Below are positions 12,594 through 23,346 of a stretch of 64,000 nucleotides of DNA, piece after piece; position 1 is the stretch's first letter; every line of letters starts with the position of its first letter. Location of the stretch: contig JBHGNT010000001.1 in the NCBI GenBank assembly GCA_043228905.1, forward strand, positions 16,492,001-16,556,000, written 5' to 3'. The translations under genes were made by a program, and so were the position numbers. Under the pieces are notes generated by a model. That model did not search any database and had not been told where the DNA came from. It saw only the letters and a list, made by a program, of their open reading frames with translations. This stretch comes from Azolla caroliniana (taxonomy: Eukaryota; Plantae; Polypodiophyta).

Positions 12594-15500
12594 ATGGACA
12601 CTATTAGCGTTGAAGAATATCAATTTGTTTTCTCGGAATTTCAATGCGAAGTTCCATGCTTTGGAACAAGAAAACCAACGATTGCTGGGGGATCTTCAGC
12701 AAATCTCCTTAGAAAAGCAGCAAACGCAACAATAGCATGGGGAACTTGCGTTACGCGTGCAACAACTCGAAGCAACCATTGTAGCGATGCAACAACAAGG
12801 GCCCGGAACACAAGGGATTCATAAAGAACCCAAGCTTGGCCTTCCCACAAAGTTCCTTAACCAGGTATGATTAGTTATCCAAATGCATCCTTCCCGATAT
12901 CCCACCGATGCATCACGAGTGGGTTTAGTAGGCACTTTGTTAAGTGGCTAAGCGTTTCATGGTTCGCTCCACTATTAGAAAAGGAATCTCCGTTACTCAA
13001 CAATTTTGAAGAGTTTCTAGGTGAGTTTAAAGCATGTTTCGGAGATACTGACAGCATCAGGACCGCAATCAACAAAATTCGGCGATTACGCCAAGGTGAC
13101 CGTCCAGCCTCCGCATACGTTGCAGATTTTCGCCTACTCGCCGCCGATATCCCTTGGGATGATCAAGCGTTGATGGAGCAATTCCGTTATGGTTTACGCA
13201 ACGACGTCAAGGATTTACTCTTGAGCTTCCCCGAAGAGCCAAAGTCCTTAACAGAAGCAATTAGTCGCGCGGTGAGATGTGACAACCGCCTCTTTGAGCG
13301 ACGTTCGGAAAGACAGCTACAGATGCCGAGGCCAACATCAGAGCCCACCTACGCCTCAATGGTAGCAAGAACTTTTCCGAGGGAGTCATATAATGCGCCT
13401 CCAGCGAATACTCCGACTCCGATGGACATCTACACGTCGTCGAGGGCCATTATTCGAAGAAGAAAAGTAGCGACGCCGTACAAATCGACTATGTCTTTAC
13501 TGCGGTGGACCAGGACATATCACAATAAATTGCCCCCATAGGCTCGAAGACAGGTAAACCAAATAGTCACTAGTTCTAATTGTACTAAACCCGAGCCTAT
13601 TTCAGTAGGAATATCTGATAGTCTTAATAGTACTAATAGCCCAGATCTAGCGAACAAATTTGATGTCCTTAGTCAGTTAGAAGAAGAGTTAAACGACTAA
13701 GTCGAGCCAAAATAGGAGCCGTTTGGTTGGACAACCCTAGATCTGTGCAGCCCATTAGTGGTTCCATTCCCTCTAAGCAAGTTAGTGATGTGTTCGCAGC
13801 CCAAGTAATAGTTAGTACTAAAGGTACCCTTCCAGTACATGTCCTAGCACTCCTAGATTCCGGAGCTAACTCTTGCTTTATGGATAAGAAATTTTCTCAA
13901 GCTCATAAGATATCCCTAAGAAAATTCCAGTGTCCAGCCTCTATAGTAGTCATTGATGGACGTCCCATTGCTTCCGGAAATATCATAGAAGAGTCAGAGC
14001 CCATTAATATTGTCCTAGATAACTTAACATGTGTAGTATCATTTAATATTATTAGTATCCCAGAACATCCTATAGTTTTAGGATTACCGTGGTTCGAGTT
14101 ACATAACCCAGACATAGATTGGAGAACAAGAGAAATCCGGTGTCGACAAACCCAAGGGTCAACTCAGAAGATGGCAACCATTTCGCTACGTCAGTTGCGT
14201 AAAGAAGGGCGCGAGGAGGAAATGTTCCTCTTTGCAATATCAGGAAACCCCTCCAGCACTACTAAAGAAGAATCCACCGTTCAACTTCCCGAGAAGTATC
14301 GTCATTACGCCGATGTGTTCGATAAAGTACAAGCCAACACACTTCCTCATCATCGACCGTACGATTGCCCCATCGATTTACAATCGGGAAAAGAGACGCC
14401 ATGGGGACCTATCTACAATTTGTCACCAACCGAGCTAGAAGTTCTTCTGGCCTATATCGAGGAGAATTTGGAAAATGGTTTCATTTGACATTCGAAATCT
14501 CCAGCCGGCGCGCCCATTTTCTTCGTCAAGAAAAAAGATGGATCGCTTCGTCTCGTTGTAGATTACCGTGGCTTGAATAAGGTTACAATCAGGAATAGGT
14601 ATGCTCTTCCCCTTATCTCAAGTCTTTTAGAACGTATCAATGGTGCCAGGTTCTTCACGAAGGTCGACTTACGGGGAGGATATAACCTCGTACGGATCCG
14701 ACCAGGAGACGAATGGAAGACCGCGTTTCGCACCAGATATGGGCACTTCGAGTATACGGTCATGCCGTTCGGCCTCACTAATGCGCCGGCAGTTTTCCAG
14801 CACATGGCTAATGATATATTCCGAGATCTATTGGATGATTGTTTGATCATCTATTTGGATGATCTACTGGTTTATTCAAAGACCCAAGAAGAACATGATT
14901 CTCATGTACTATTAGTACTAAAACGACTTCGAGAACATGGTGTGTATGCAAAGCTGTAAAAATGTAGTTTCGGGTGCAACCAAGTGGAATTTCTCGGCTA
15001 CATCATTTCTTCAGAAGGCATCTCCATGGACCCAGCTAAGGTCAAAACGGTGGTAGAATGGCAGACTCCGCGTTCGGTGCGGGATGTGCAATGCTTCCTA
15101 GGCTTTGCCAATTTTTACCGGAAGTTCATACAAGATTACTCAAAGATCGTTCTACCTCTCACACAACTTACCAGGAAGGGACAACCGTTCATATGGTCTG
15201 AAGAAACGGACATGGCTTTCGAGAGTCTTAAAAAGGCATTTACATCGGCTCCAATTCTAGCTCATGTCGATCCGGAAAAAGCATTCATTATCGAAGCTGA
15301 TGCATCGGATTTTGCATTGGGGAGCATTCTGTCACAACAGGGGAATGATGAGAAGCTACATCTTGTGGCTTTTCACTCACGCAAGTTTGACGCCGCCGAA
15401 ATTAACTACGAAATTCATGATAAGGAGCTATTGGCAATAGTGGATTCTTTTATGCAATGGAGGCATTTTCTGGAGGGATCCTCTCATCCAGTCACCGTAT

Positions 15501-17284
15501 TTAGTGATCACAAGAATCTTGCCTACTTTCAAGATGCTCGTGTGTTGAATCGACGTCAAGCTCGGTGGGCCCACTTCCTGATGCGTTTCGACTTCAAAAT
15601 TACATATCGTCCGGGAAAGCACCAAGGGAAGGCAGATGCATTATCACGACGTTCGTATCTAGCACCCCGTCCCGGCGAGCTAGCTTTCGATAACCAAAAA
15701 CAAGTCATCTTGGGACCGGCACGACTACAAGTAACACAGATTTTTGACATGCCCATGGATTCCCGCGTTATCGATACCATACATGAAGACTTGAAGAAAA
15801 AAGCGTTCGCCCAAGCTATACTAGCACAAATTGATCCCTCTTGAGCGTCGTGTTCATAGTCGCAACCACCAGGTACGGACTATCGGCAATTCAAATACCA
15901 TGATGGATTACTCTTCTTTAAAGAACTTTTGTATGTTCCTAATGGTTCTTGCCGCCTTCGAGTAGTTCAAAACTGCCATGACACATATACAAGTGCGCAT
16001 TTTGGTAGTATTAAAACATTACATTTAGTACAACTACCATTCTGGTGGCCCTGTATGCGACAATTTGTCGAGGATTTTGTTCGGACTTGTGATACATGTT
16101 GCAGAGCGAAAATGCCAAGGCATCATCCATATGGTTTATTAGAACCATTACCAATTCCAAGCAAGCCGTGGCATTCCATTGCTCTAGACTTCATCACAGA
16201 TCTTCCAGTCTCTAAGGGGTTCAATGCGATTCTAACAGTGGTCGATCGATACACGAAGATGGCTCATTTCTTGCCATGTACTAAGGAGATCTCGAGTGAA
16301 GACACTGCCAAAATTGTCATGCGTGAAGTATGTCGGCATCATGGACTTCCCGATAGTATCATCAACGACCGTGGGCCCTAGTTCGTGTCAAAATTCTAGA
16401 AGCACCTTTTTAACATGCTCAAGGTCTCTTGTAACCTCTCCTCCGGCTACCACCCACAAACCAACGGCCAAGCTGAACGAACAAATCAAACGCTGGAGCA
16501 GTATCTGCGGTGCTTTCTTAGTTATCATCAGGACGACTGGGCAGATATTCTCCACTTCGCCGAATTTGCCTATAACAACTCTATCCACGCATCCACTAAA
16601 GTTACGCCATTTTATGCTTATACGGGATGTCACCCCCGGTGGAGTGTACTTGAAACCCCAGAGGTGTCCACAAATCCGTGCGCGGAGGATCGTTTGGAGC
16701 GGTTACGCAAGATACAAGCGGATTTATCTACTCATCTCCAGCAAGCTTAACAAACACACAAGGTCTACGTGGATCGTCATCGACTTCCATCCAGTTTTAA
16801 TATTGGAGATCGGGTGTGGCTGCTACGACGACACATCAAGACTACTTGCCCATGTGAGAAGTTGGATTATCGGCGATTAGGTCCTTTCCGTATTATTGGA
16901 CAGATTAATGATGTCACTTTTCGTCTCGATCTACCTCCTCAACTTCGGATACATCCGGTGTTTCATAGTTCTCTCCTCGAACCCTACCACGAGAGCACCA
17001 TCCCAAGACGTCTTATCCAACCTCCACCCCCCATCGAGCTTGAAGATGGGCCGGAGTACGAGGTTGCCGCCATCCTTGATTCCAAGATTGTTCGCAACAA
17101 GCTCTACTATCTAGTCGATTGGCTAGGCTATAGTCCCAACGAACGTACTTGGGAACCGATCGAGAATGTGACCAATACTCGTGCTCTTCTTGAAGACTTC
17201 CATCGTCAATATCCACACAAACCGGGTCCTCAATCCAAGACGACTCGTGACACTCGTCGTTTTAAAAGGGGGATAGTGTCATGA
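12594..17284 (+). pseudogene. C1 gag-pol with chromodomain, several stops and frameshifts
   Basis: ORFs 12867-13541, 13727-14488, 14573-14959, 14984-15844, 15929-16381, 16415-16750 and 16769-17284 tile gag-PR-RT-RH-INT-CHD. Confidence 0.92.
13688..13732 (+). promoter_or_regulatory. Putative -1 ribosomal frameshift signal (G UUA AAC + stem-loop) at the C1 gag/pol junction
   Basis: The gag stop taa is at 13698-13700 and pol is open in the -1 frame from 13673. A hairpin gtcgagccaaa..tttggttggac starts 6 nt after the heptamer. Confidence 0.7.
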
Positions 17285-18680
17285 TATGGCAAGACTCGAA
17301 CCCATGACCTTAGGTTATATGGGTCGAGCTCTTGACCATTAGACCATCTATTGTAATATGTAGGATATTATTTTCATTTACATTTTATTATAGGAAATTA
17401 GTGTATATTCCAGATTTCTCTGGAACATTCTAGAAGCTTCAGGATTACTTCTGAAAACACTATAAAAGAGGGCACTAGGCATTATGTTGAACCAAATTGG
17501 TTCAACGCCAGTCTTAAGCCTTTTAGCCACCATTGTATATTCTCTTCATATAATGCATATCTTTCTTATCATCACTCTCTCTCTCTCTCTCTCCCCGTCT
17601 CGCTCACTCCTTCCTTCTCTCGAAGAAGTTTTACACCTCTCATAGTGCTAATCCTTCGTTTAGTACTAATTCCTTCTCAGTCTCAGTACTGTTCTTGACA
17701 GCTACTCCATGAAATAGTTGCACTTCCCAATGTAAACATATATCCACTCGACTGGACCAAAGGGAATTGTTGGAACAAATATGGAGAAGGCAATGAAGAA
17801 AGCGAAAGAAATACAAACCGACACGGAAAGACACGACTAGTCAGATGACCGGGAACAAGGAACCAAAAGTACAACCAAATGGGCAGAACTCGCCGGAATG
17901 GCCGGACAACGGGCAAGAGTGGCCGGAGTGACTGGATAGCAGCCGAAGTGTCTAAGTGGCCGGACAACAGTCAGAGCGACCGTAGAGAGGTTGGAATGGC
18001 CGAATAACGGCCAAATAGCGGCTGAAGAGCAACTGGGCAACAGTCTGAGCGGTTGGAGAGCGGTCAGAAAGGCCGGAAACCAGTCGGAATAACCGGATGC
18101 AGACAGGCGGCCGGGACGACGGATCAGATGCAAGATCGAAAGACGACGGAAAACAATCGAACTGACAGCCGAAAAATCGACCGGAATGAGCCGGACTAAG
18201 ATGGCTCGAAGGCTAGAACACCGACAGAGACGGAGGAGAGGCCGGAGAGTGACCTAAGAGTGGTCGTAGTGGCCGAACAGCGCCAGAACGGAGGCGGCCG
18301 GACCAGACGATGCCGGACAACGACGAAGATGGAGACGGACAAACAGCGGGACGACGGCCAAACAGAGTCAAAGAGTGACAGAGATGATAGTCGAAATGTA
18401 TAGCCACGACAATGGCAACGGCAACGGCAACGACCAGATGATGGGACATTGACACCGAAAAGTGACGTAGCCGGCAACAGAGCCGCCGAAAAGCGAAGGA
18501 GACAATGACAACGACGGAGAGTAGGTCGACGAGCGGAGGAAGAAATGGCTTGAAACTACTGTTGGGATTTCGGTCCCTCCGGATGGGATGTCCGGAGATG
18601 AATGACGGCAAGCCCGGAGGCTGTTACGGAACCGTAGGATGAAGAGTACCCGGCATGAAGCCGGATGAAGAGTACCAGGT

Positions 18681-18778
18681 TACGGAGCCGGATGATGAAG
18701 ACCCCGGCTACGGAGCCGGATGCTGAAGACCCCGGCTACGGAGCCGGATGATGAAGACCCCGGCTACGGAGCCGGATG
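18681..18778 (+). repeat. 28-bp tandem repeat (tacggagccggatgatgaagaccccggc, ~3.5 copies) in the U3 of E; also in the E 3' LTR and both F LTRs
   Basis: Units start at 18681, 18709, 18737 and 18765. Confidence 0.95.
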
Positions 18779-19269
18779 ACGAATGTACCCGGAGAGAGAG
18801 ATCCGGATGCGGGGACATATTTGTGAATATGTTTGCCAAGAGCCCTTGAGGTTATATTTGTAAATAGCCCGAAAGTCATATGTGTATAAATATGACTTAG
18901 GGCAAACAGTTGATGTTGTTGCTTAATTTTCATGCGAAGTGAGAGCAGCCGAGAGAGAGAGAGAGAGAGAGACGAAGAGGTCGTTGCCTCTGTGTATTGC
19001 CGCCGCCTGTGGCGAAGACAGTGAGCTCAAGGTTGTTGCCTTGTAGCTTCACCAGTGTACATCCCTGTTCATAGTGATAGTTGGAGTTTGAGGCTCCCGT
19101 GGTTTTTCCCATTTAGGGTTTTCCACGTAAAACATCCAGTGTACCTTTCTCTCTATTGTCTTTCGTGCATTGTTGTATTTCCCGTTTTCTGTGAATCGAT
19201 CCTGTTCCTCGGTTGTGGCCGAGCACGGAATTTCAATAAAGTGGTATCAGAGCGACGATAACACAGAAG

Positions 19270-22200
19270 ATGGAAGGCGGCGGTAGCGGGCAGCCGGGAA
19301 TGATGGTGCTGAATGCGCAGAATTACGCCGACTGGAAGATCAAGATGGAGGATCTTCTGATTGTTCGGGACCTGTACGAACCGATTGACAGGTCGGAAAT
19401 ACCGAAGGGAGTACTTGAGTCGGAGTGGAAGCTCCTGAACCGGAAAGCAGTAGCGACGATCCGGCAATATGTCGATGTAAGTGTCCTGCAACATGTGGCG
19501 AACGATACGAACGCCTATGAGATGTGGAAGAAGCTGTCGGGCCTCTATGAGAGGAAGAATGCGTTGAACCGGACCTCCCTGATGAGAAAGATAGTGAACC
19601 TCAAGTACCGGGACGGCGAGAGTATGGTGGAACACGTAAGCACGTTCATGGGATTCGTGAACCAGCTTGCGGCGATCAAGTTCCCGTTGGAGGATGCAAT
19701 GCAAGCCATCATCCTGATGTGTACATTGCCGGACAGCTGGGAGAACTTGGTGGTGACTCTCAGCACCTCCTGCGCCGAAGATAACTTGTCCCTACAAACG
19801 GTAAAGACAAGTATTTTGAACGAAGAAGCGCGTCGGAGAGATAAAGAACCGGTCTCCGACTCGAAGGCGCTGCTTACCGAATCGGAACGGGGAAGACAAT
19901 GGAACCGGAGTCCGCAAAGACGGGAGAAGTCGGGGACCCGGTCGCAGTCAAGAGGAAGACCCACATGCTTCCACTGTGGGAAGCCGGGGCACTTCTGGAA
20001 GAATTGTCGGCATTACCGAAAAGACAACGGAGCCGACGACACCGATTCGAAGAAATCACCGGAGAGAAACGGTGCATACCGGGGAGCCACGGACCGGAGA
20101 GGTCCGGATCGGCGAGGGCAGGACCGGAAAGGAACGACGGCACTCGCGGCAAGTGAAGAAGAGATAATGCTTATTACCGAAGAGAGGGAGCTGAACCTTG
20201 CCGGTGTAGAGATGACCTGGGTGGTCGATTCCGGAGCGTCGTTCCACCTGACCCCGGAGAAGAAATACTTCTCATCCTACACAGCCGGTGAGCACGGCTG
20301 TGTCCGGATGGGAAATGAAGGTACGTGCCGGATAGCCGGCATAGGAGACGTGTGGCTGATGACATCAACCGGATGCAAGATGCTGCTGAAGGATGTGCGA
20401 CACGTTCCGGAGGTCCGATTGAACCTGATCTCGGCCGGGAGGCTAGATGATGAAGGCTACACGGGTAGCATCCGGAACGGTGTCATGAAGTTCAGCAAGG
20501 GGAGCCTGATCGTGGCTCGGGCCCGGAAGGTCAACACACTGTACCTGATGAATTCCCGGCTATGTCTGGAAGAGCTGAATGTGGCAGCCGACACTGCCGG
20601 TGAGCTGTGGCACAAAAGACTGTGCCACATGAGTGAGAAGGGGATGAAGAGGCTTGCAGAAGACAACCTCATTCCAGTGAAGCATGTGCACCTGGAGAAG
20701 TGCACCGACTGCCTGGCCGGTAAGCAAAACCGGACCTCCTTCCACTCAAGGCCACCGACGAGACGTAGCGCACCATTGGAGTTGGTGCACACCGATGTGT
20801 GTCAGGTAGAAACGAAGTCGCATGGCGGAGCCCAGTACTTCGTAACATTCATTGATGATCACAGCCGGAAGCTGTGGACGGCACCGTTGAAGACAAAGGA
20901 CCAAGTATTGTCCGTCTTCAAAGAACTCCACGCGAGAGTGGAAAGGGAATCCGGCAAGAAGCTGAAAGCGATACGAGCGGATAACGGAGGGGAATACCGG
21001 GGGCAGTTCCAGGAGTACTGTCGCTCGAAGGGAATCCGGCTCGAGTTTACTGTGCCGAAGACGCCGGAACTAAACGGGCTGGCCGAGAGGATGAACCGGA
21101 CCATAATGGAGAGGGTCCGGAGTATGCTGGCGCATGCGAAATTACCCAAGGGGTTTTGGGCTGAGGCAATGTCGACGGCGACATACGTGATAAACAGATC
21201 ACCCTCAGTACCTTTGGACGGAGACACGCCGCAGAAAGTGTGGACCGGTAAGGAAGTGTCCTACCGGCATCTGAAGGTGTTCGGGTGTCTCGCATACGTG
21301 CATGTGGCAAAGGACCGGAGAGGAAAGCTAGATCCAAAGACCCGGCCATGCATATTCCTCGGTTACGGCGACGACGAGTTCGGCTACCGAGTATGGGACC
21401 CGGTCGACAAGAAGATATTCAGGAGTCGAGATATCATTTTCATGGAGGACAAGACGCTCGCCGACTGGGAGTCGGAGAAGAAGATGAAGAGCTCCAAGTC
21501 GACCGGTGAGGATAAACTCTACGAGGAGCAGTCCCGACCGGCAAGGGACCGGTTAACACTCGAAGACCCGGCCGAAGACGGTGAAGAAACAGAACCGGCC
21601 GAAGAAGATGAAAATGATACCGGAACCGGCCCCGATCCCGAAATGGATTCGGATGAAGAAGAAGAATCGGAAGAACCGGTTACCGAAGCTCCCGAACGGA
21701 GATATCCTCTAAGAGAGAGAAGGGCCCCCCGGAGATTTCCGGAACCAGAGCACGTGCTGCTAACCGACGAGGGGGAGCCGGAGAGCTTTGAAGAAGCAAA
21801 GCACGACACCCAGAGCCGCAGGTGGTTAAGTGCCATGCAGGAGGAGATGGATTCCCTGCATGAGAACCACACATATGAACTTGTGGAGTTGCCGAAAGGA
21901 AAGCGGGCACTTCGAAACAAGTGGGTGTTCAAGCTGAAACCGGGAGATGCCGGAAACCCCCAGAGATACAAAGCCAGGATCGTGGTGAAGGGGTTCCAGC
22001 AGAAGAAGGGCGTCGACTTCGACGAGATATTTGCCCCGGTAGTGAAGATGACCTCTATCCGGACGGTGCTGAGCATAGCGGCAAGCATGGACCTCGAGGT
22101 AGAACAGATGGACGTGAAGACGGCATTCCTTCACGGTGACCTCGATGAAGAGATCTACATGCAGCAACCGGAAGGATTCGAGAAGAAAGGGAAGGAGCAC

Positions 22201-23346
22201 CTGGTATGCCGGTTGAAGAAGAGCCTTTACGGACTGAAGCAGGCTCCCCGGCAATGGTACCGGAAGTTCGACTCCTTCATGACCGACGAAGGGTACCACA
22301 AAACGCAGTCTGATCACTGCGTGTTTGTGAAGAAGTTCGAAGGAGGAGACTCTCTAATACTCCTCCTGTACGTGGACGACATGTTGATCGTCGGACGGGA
22401 CCAGGTCAAGATACGGGTGCTGAAGGAGGCACTTCACCGAACCTTCTCAATGAAGGACCTGGGTCCGGCGAGGCAAATACTAGGGATGCACATCATCCGG
22501 GACCGGAAGAAGAAGCAGTTGTGGCTGTCACAGGAGAAGTACGTGACAAAGGTGCTTCACCGGTTCAACATGTCGGAAGCAAGACCGGTCGGGTCAACCC
22601 TCCCGGCAAACTGCAAGTTGTCCAGCAAGCAAAGCCCCAAGACAAAGGCTGAGAAGGAGGACATGATGAAAGTACCATATGCCTCTGCCGTCGGAAGCTT
22701 GATGTACGCAATGGTGTGTACAAGACCGGACATAGGATATGCAGTCGGAGTGGTGAGCCGGTACATGAGCAATCCCGGCAAAGAGCACTGGAACGCGGTC
22801 AAGTGGATACTCCGATACCTGAAGGGCACGGCAAACGTGTGCCTCCGATTCGGCTCCGGTAAGCCCGAATTCGACGGCTTTACCGATTCGGATATGTCGG
22901 CTGATGCAGATACCAGCCGGTCCACATCAGGGTATGTGATGACGTATGCAGGAGGAGCTGTTTCGTGGCAGTCGAGGCTGCAGAAGACGGTTGCGTTGTC
23001 AACCACGGAGGCGGAGTACATGGCAGCTGTTGAAGCCGGCAAGGAAATAATATGGATGAAGGACTTCATTAGAGAGCTCGGTATCCAACAGGAGGAGTAC
23101 CGACTCTACTGCGACAGTCAGAGTGCCATCCACCTTGCGAAGAACGCGGCCTACCATTCCCGGACGAAACACATCCAGCGGAGATACCACTGGATCCGGG
23201 AGAGGATAGAAGACGAGGAGTTCGTGCTGACGAAGATCCACACTGACGAGAACGGGTCGGATATGCTGACCAAGGTGCTCACACCCGACAAGCTGGAAGC
23301 ATGCCGGAAGAGGATCGGATTGGAGAGACATCCCATGCCGAAGTGA
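19270..23346 (+). CDS. Gag-Pol polyprotein of copia E (1358 aa)
   Basis: CFHCGKPGHFWKNC zinc knuckle, WVVDSGAS protease, integrase D-D-E (HTDV, DNGGEY, LAERMNRT), RT (QMDVKTAFLHG, YVDDML), RNase H (TDSD, TEAEY, CDSQSA). Confidence 0.97.
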   Translation: MEGGGSGQPGMMVLNAQNYADWKIKMEDLLIVRDLYEPIDRSEIPKGVLESEWKLLNRKAVATIRQYVDVSVLQHVANDTNAYEMWKKLSGLYERKNALNRTSLMRKIVNLKYRDGESMVEHVSTFMGFVNQLAAIKFPLEDAMQAIILMCTLPDSWENLVVTLSTSCAEDNLSLQTVKTSILNEEARRRDKEPVSDSKALLTESERGRQWNRSPQRREKSGTRSQSRGRPTCFHCGKPGHFWKNCRHYRKDNGADDTDSKKSPERNGAYRGATDRRGPDRRGQDRKGTTALAASEEEIMLITEERELNLAGVEMTWVVDSGASFHLTPEKKYFSSYTAGEHGCVRMGNEGTCRIAGIGDVWLMTSTGCKMLLKDVRHVPEVRLNLISAGRLDDEGYTGSIRNGVMKFSKGSLIVARARKVNTLYLMNSRLCLEELNVAADTAGELWHKRLCHMSEKGMKRLAEDNLIPVKHVHLEKCTDCLAGKQNRTSFHSRPPTRRSAPLELVHTDVCQVETKSHGGAQYFVTFIDDHSRKLWTAPLKTKDQVLSVFKELHARVERESGKKLKAIRADNGGEYRGQFQEYCRSKGIRLEFTVPKTPELNGLAERMNRTIMERVRSMLAHAKLPKGFWAEAMSTATYVINRSPSVPLDGDTPQKVWTGKEVSYRHLKVFGCLAYVHVAKDRRGKLDPKTRPCIFLGYGDDEFGYRVWDPVDKKIFRSRDIIFMEDKTLADWESEKKMKSSKSTGEDKLYEEQSRPARDRLTLEDPAEDGEETEPAEEDENDTGTGPDPEMDSDEEEESEEPVTEAPERRYPLRERRAPRRFPEPEHVLLTDEGEPESFEEAKHDTQSRRWLSAMQEEMDSLHENHTYELVELPKGKRALRNKWVFKLKPGDAGNPQRYKARIVVKGFQQKKGVDFDEIFAPVVKMTSIRTVLSIAASMDLEVEQMDVKTAFLHGDLDEEIYMQQPEGFEKKGKEHLVCRLKKSLYGLKQAPRQWYRKFDSFMTDEGYHKTQSDHCVFVKKFEGGDSLILLLYVDDMLIVGRDQVKIRVLKEALHRTFSMKDLGPARQILGMHIIRDRKKKQLWLSQEKYVTKVLHRFNMSEARPVGSTLPANCKLSSKQSPKTKAEKEDMMKVPYASAVGSLMYAMVCTRPDIGYAVGVVSRYMSNPGKEHWNAVKWILRYLKGTANVCLRFGSGKPEFDGFTDSDMSADADTSRSTSGYVMTYAGGAVSWQSRLQKTVALSTTEAEYMAAVEAGKEIIWMKDFIRELGIQQEEYRLYCDSQSAIHLAKNAAYHSRTKHIQRRYHWIRERIEDEEFVLTKIHTDENGSDMLTKVLTPDKLEACRKRIGLERHPMPK

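Larger units (their letters stand above)
12083..17700 (+). mobile_element. C1: Ty3/gypsy chromovirus (Tcn1-like/Tf1-sushi type), full length, degenerate, recombinant with C2
   Basis: LTRs 12083-12520 and 17277-17700 (tgtca..tgaca), gag, protease (LLDSGA), RT (YLDD), RNase H (EADASDFA), integrase, class-I chromodomain (EYEVAAILDS..YLVDWLGY..TWEP), PPT aaaagggggatag (17264-17276). No tRNA PBS. Confidence 0.95.

Noticed and set aside
18681-18778. 28-bp direct repeats resembling a CRISPR array
   Set aside because: The units are head-to-tail with no spacers, lie inside LTRs, and there are no cas genes.
18640-18800. Hammerhead ribozyme (retrozyme-like) in the LTR repeats
   Set aside because: No CUGAUGA...GAAA core with the required stems was found. 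The motif is GGATGA.
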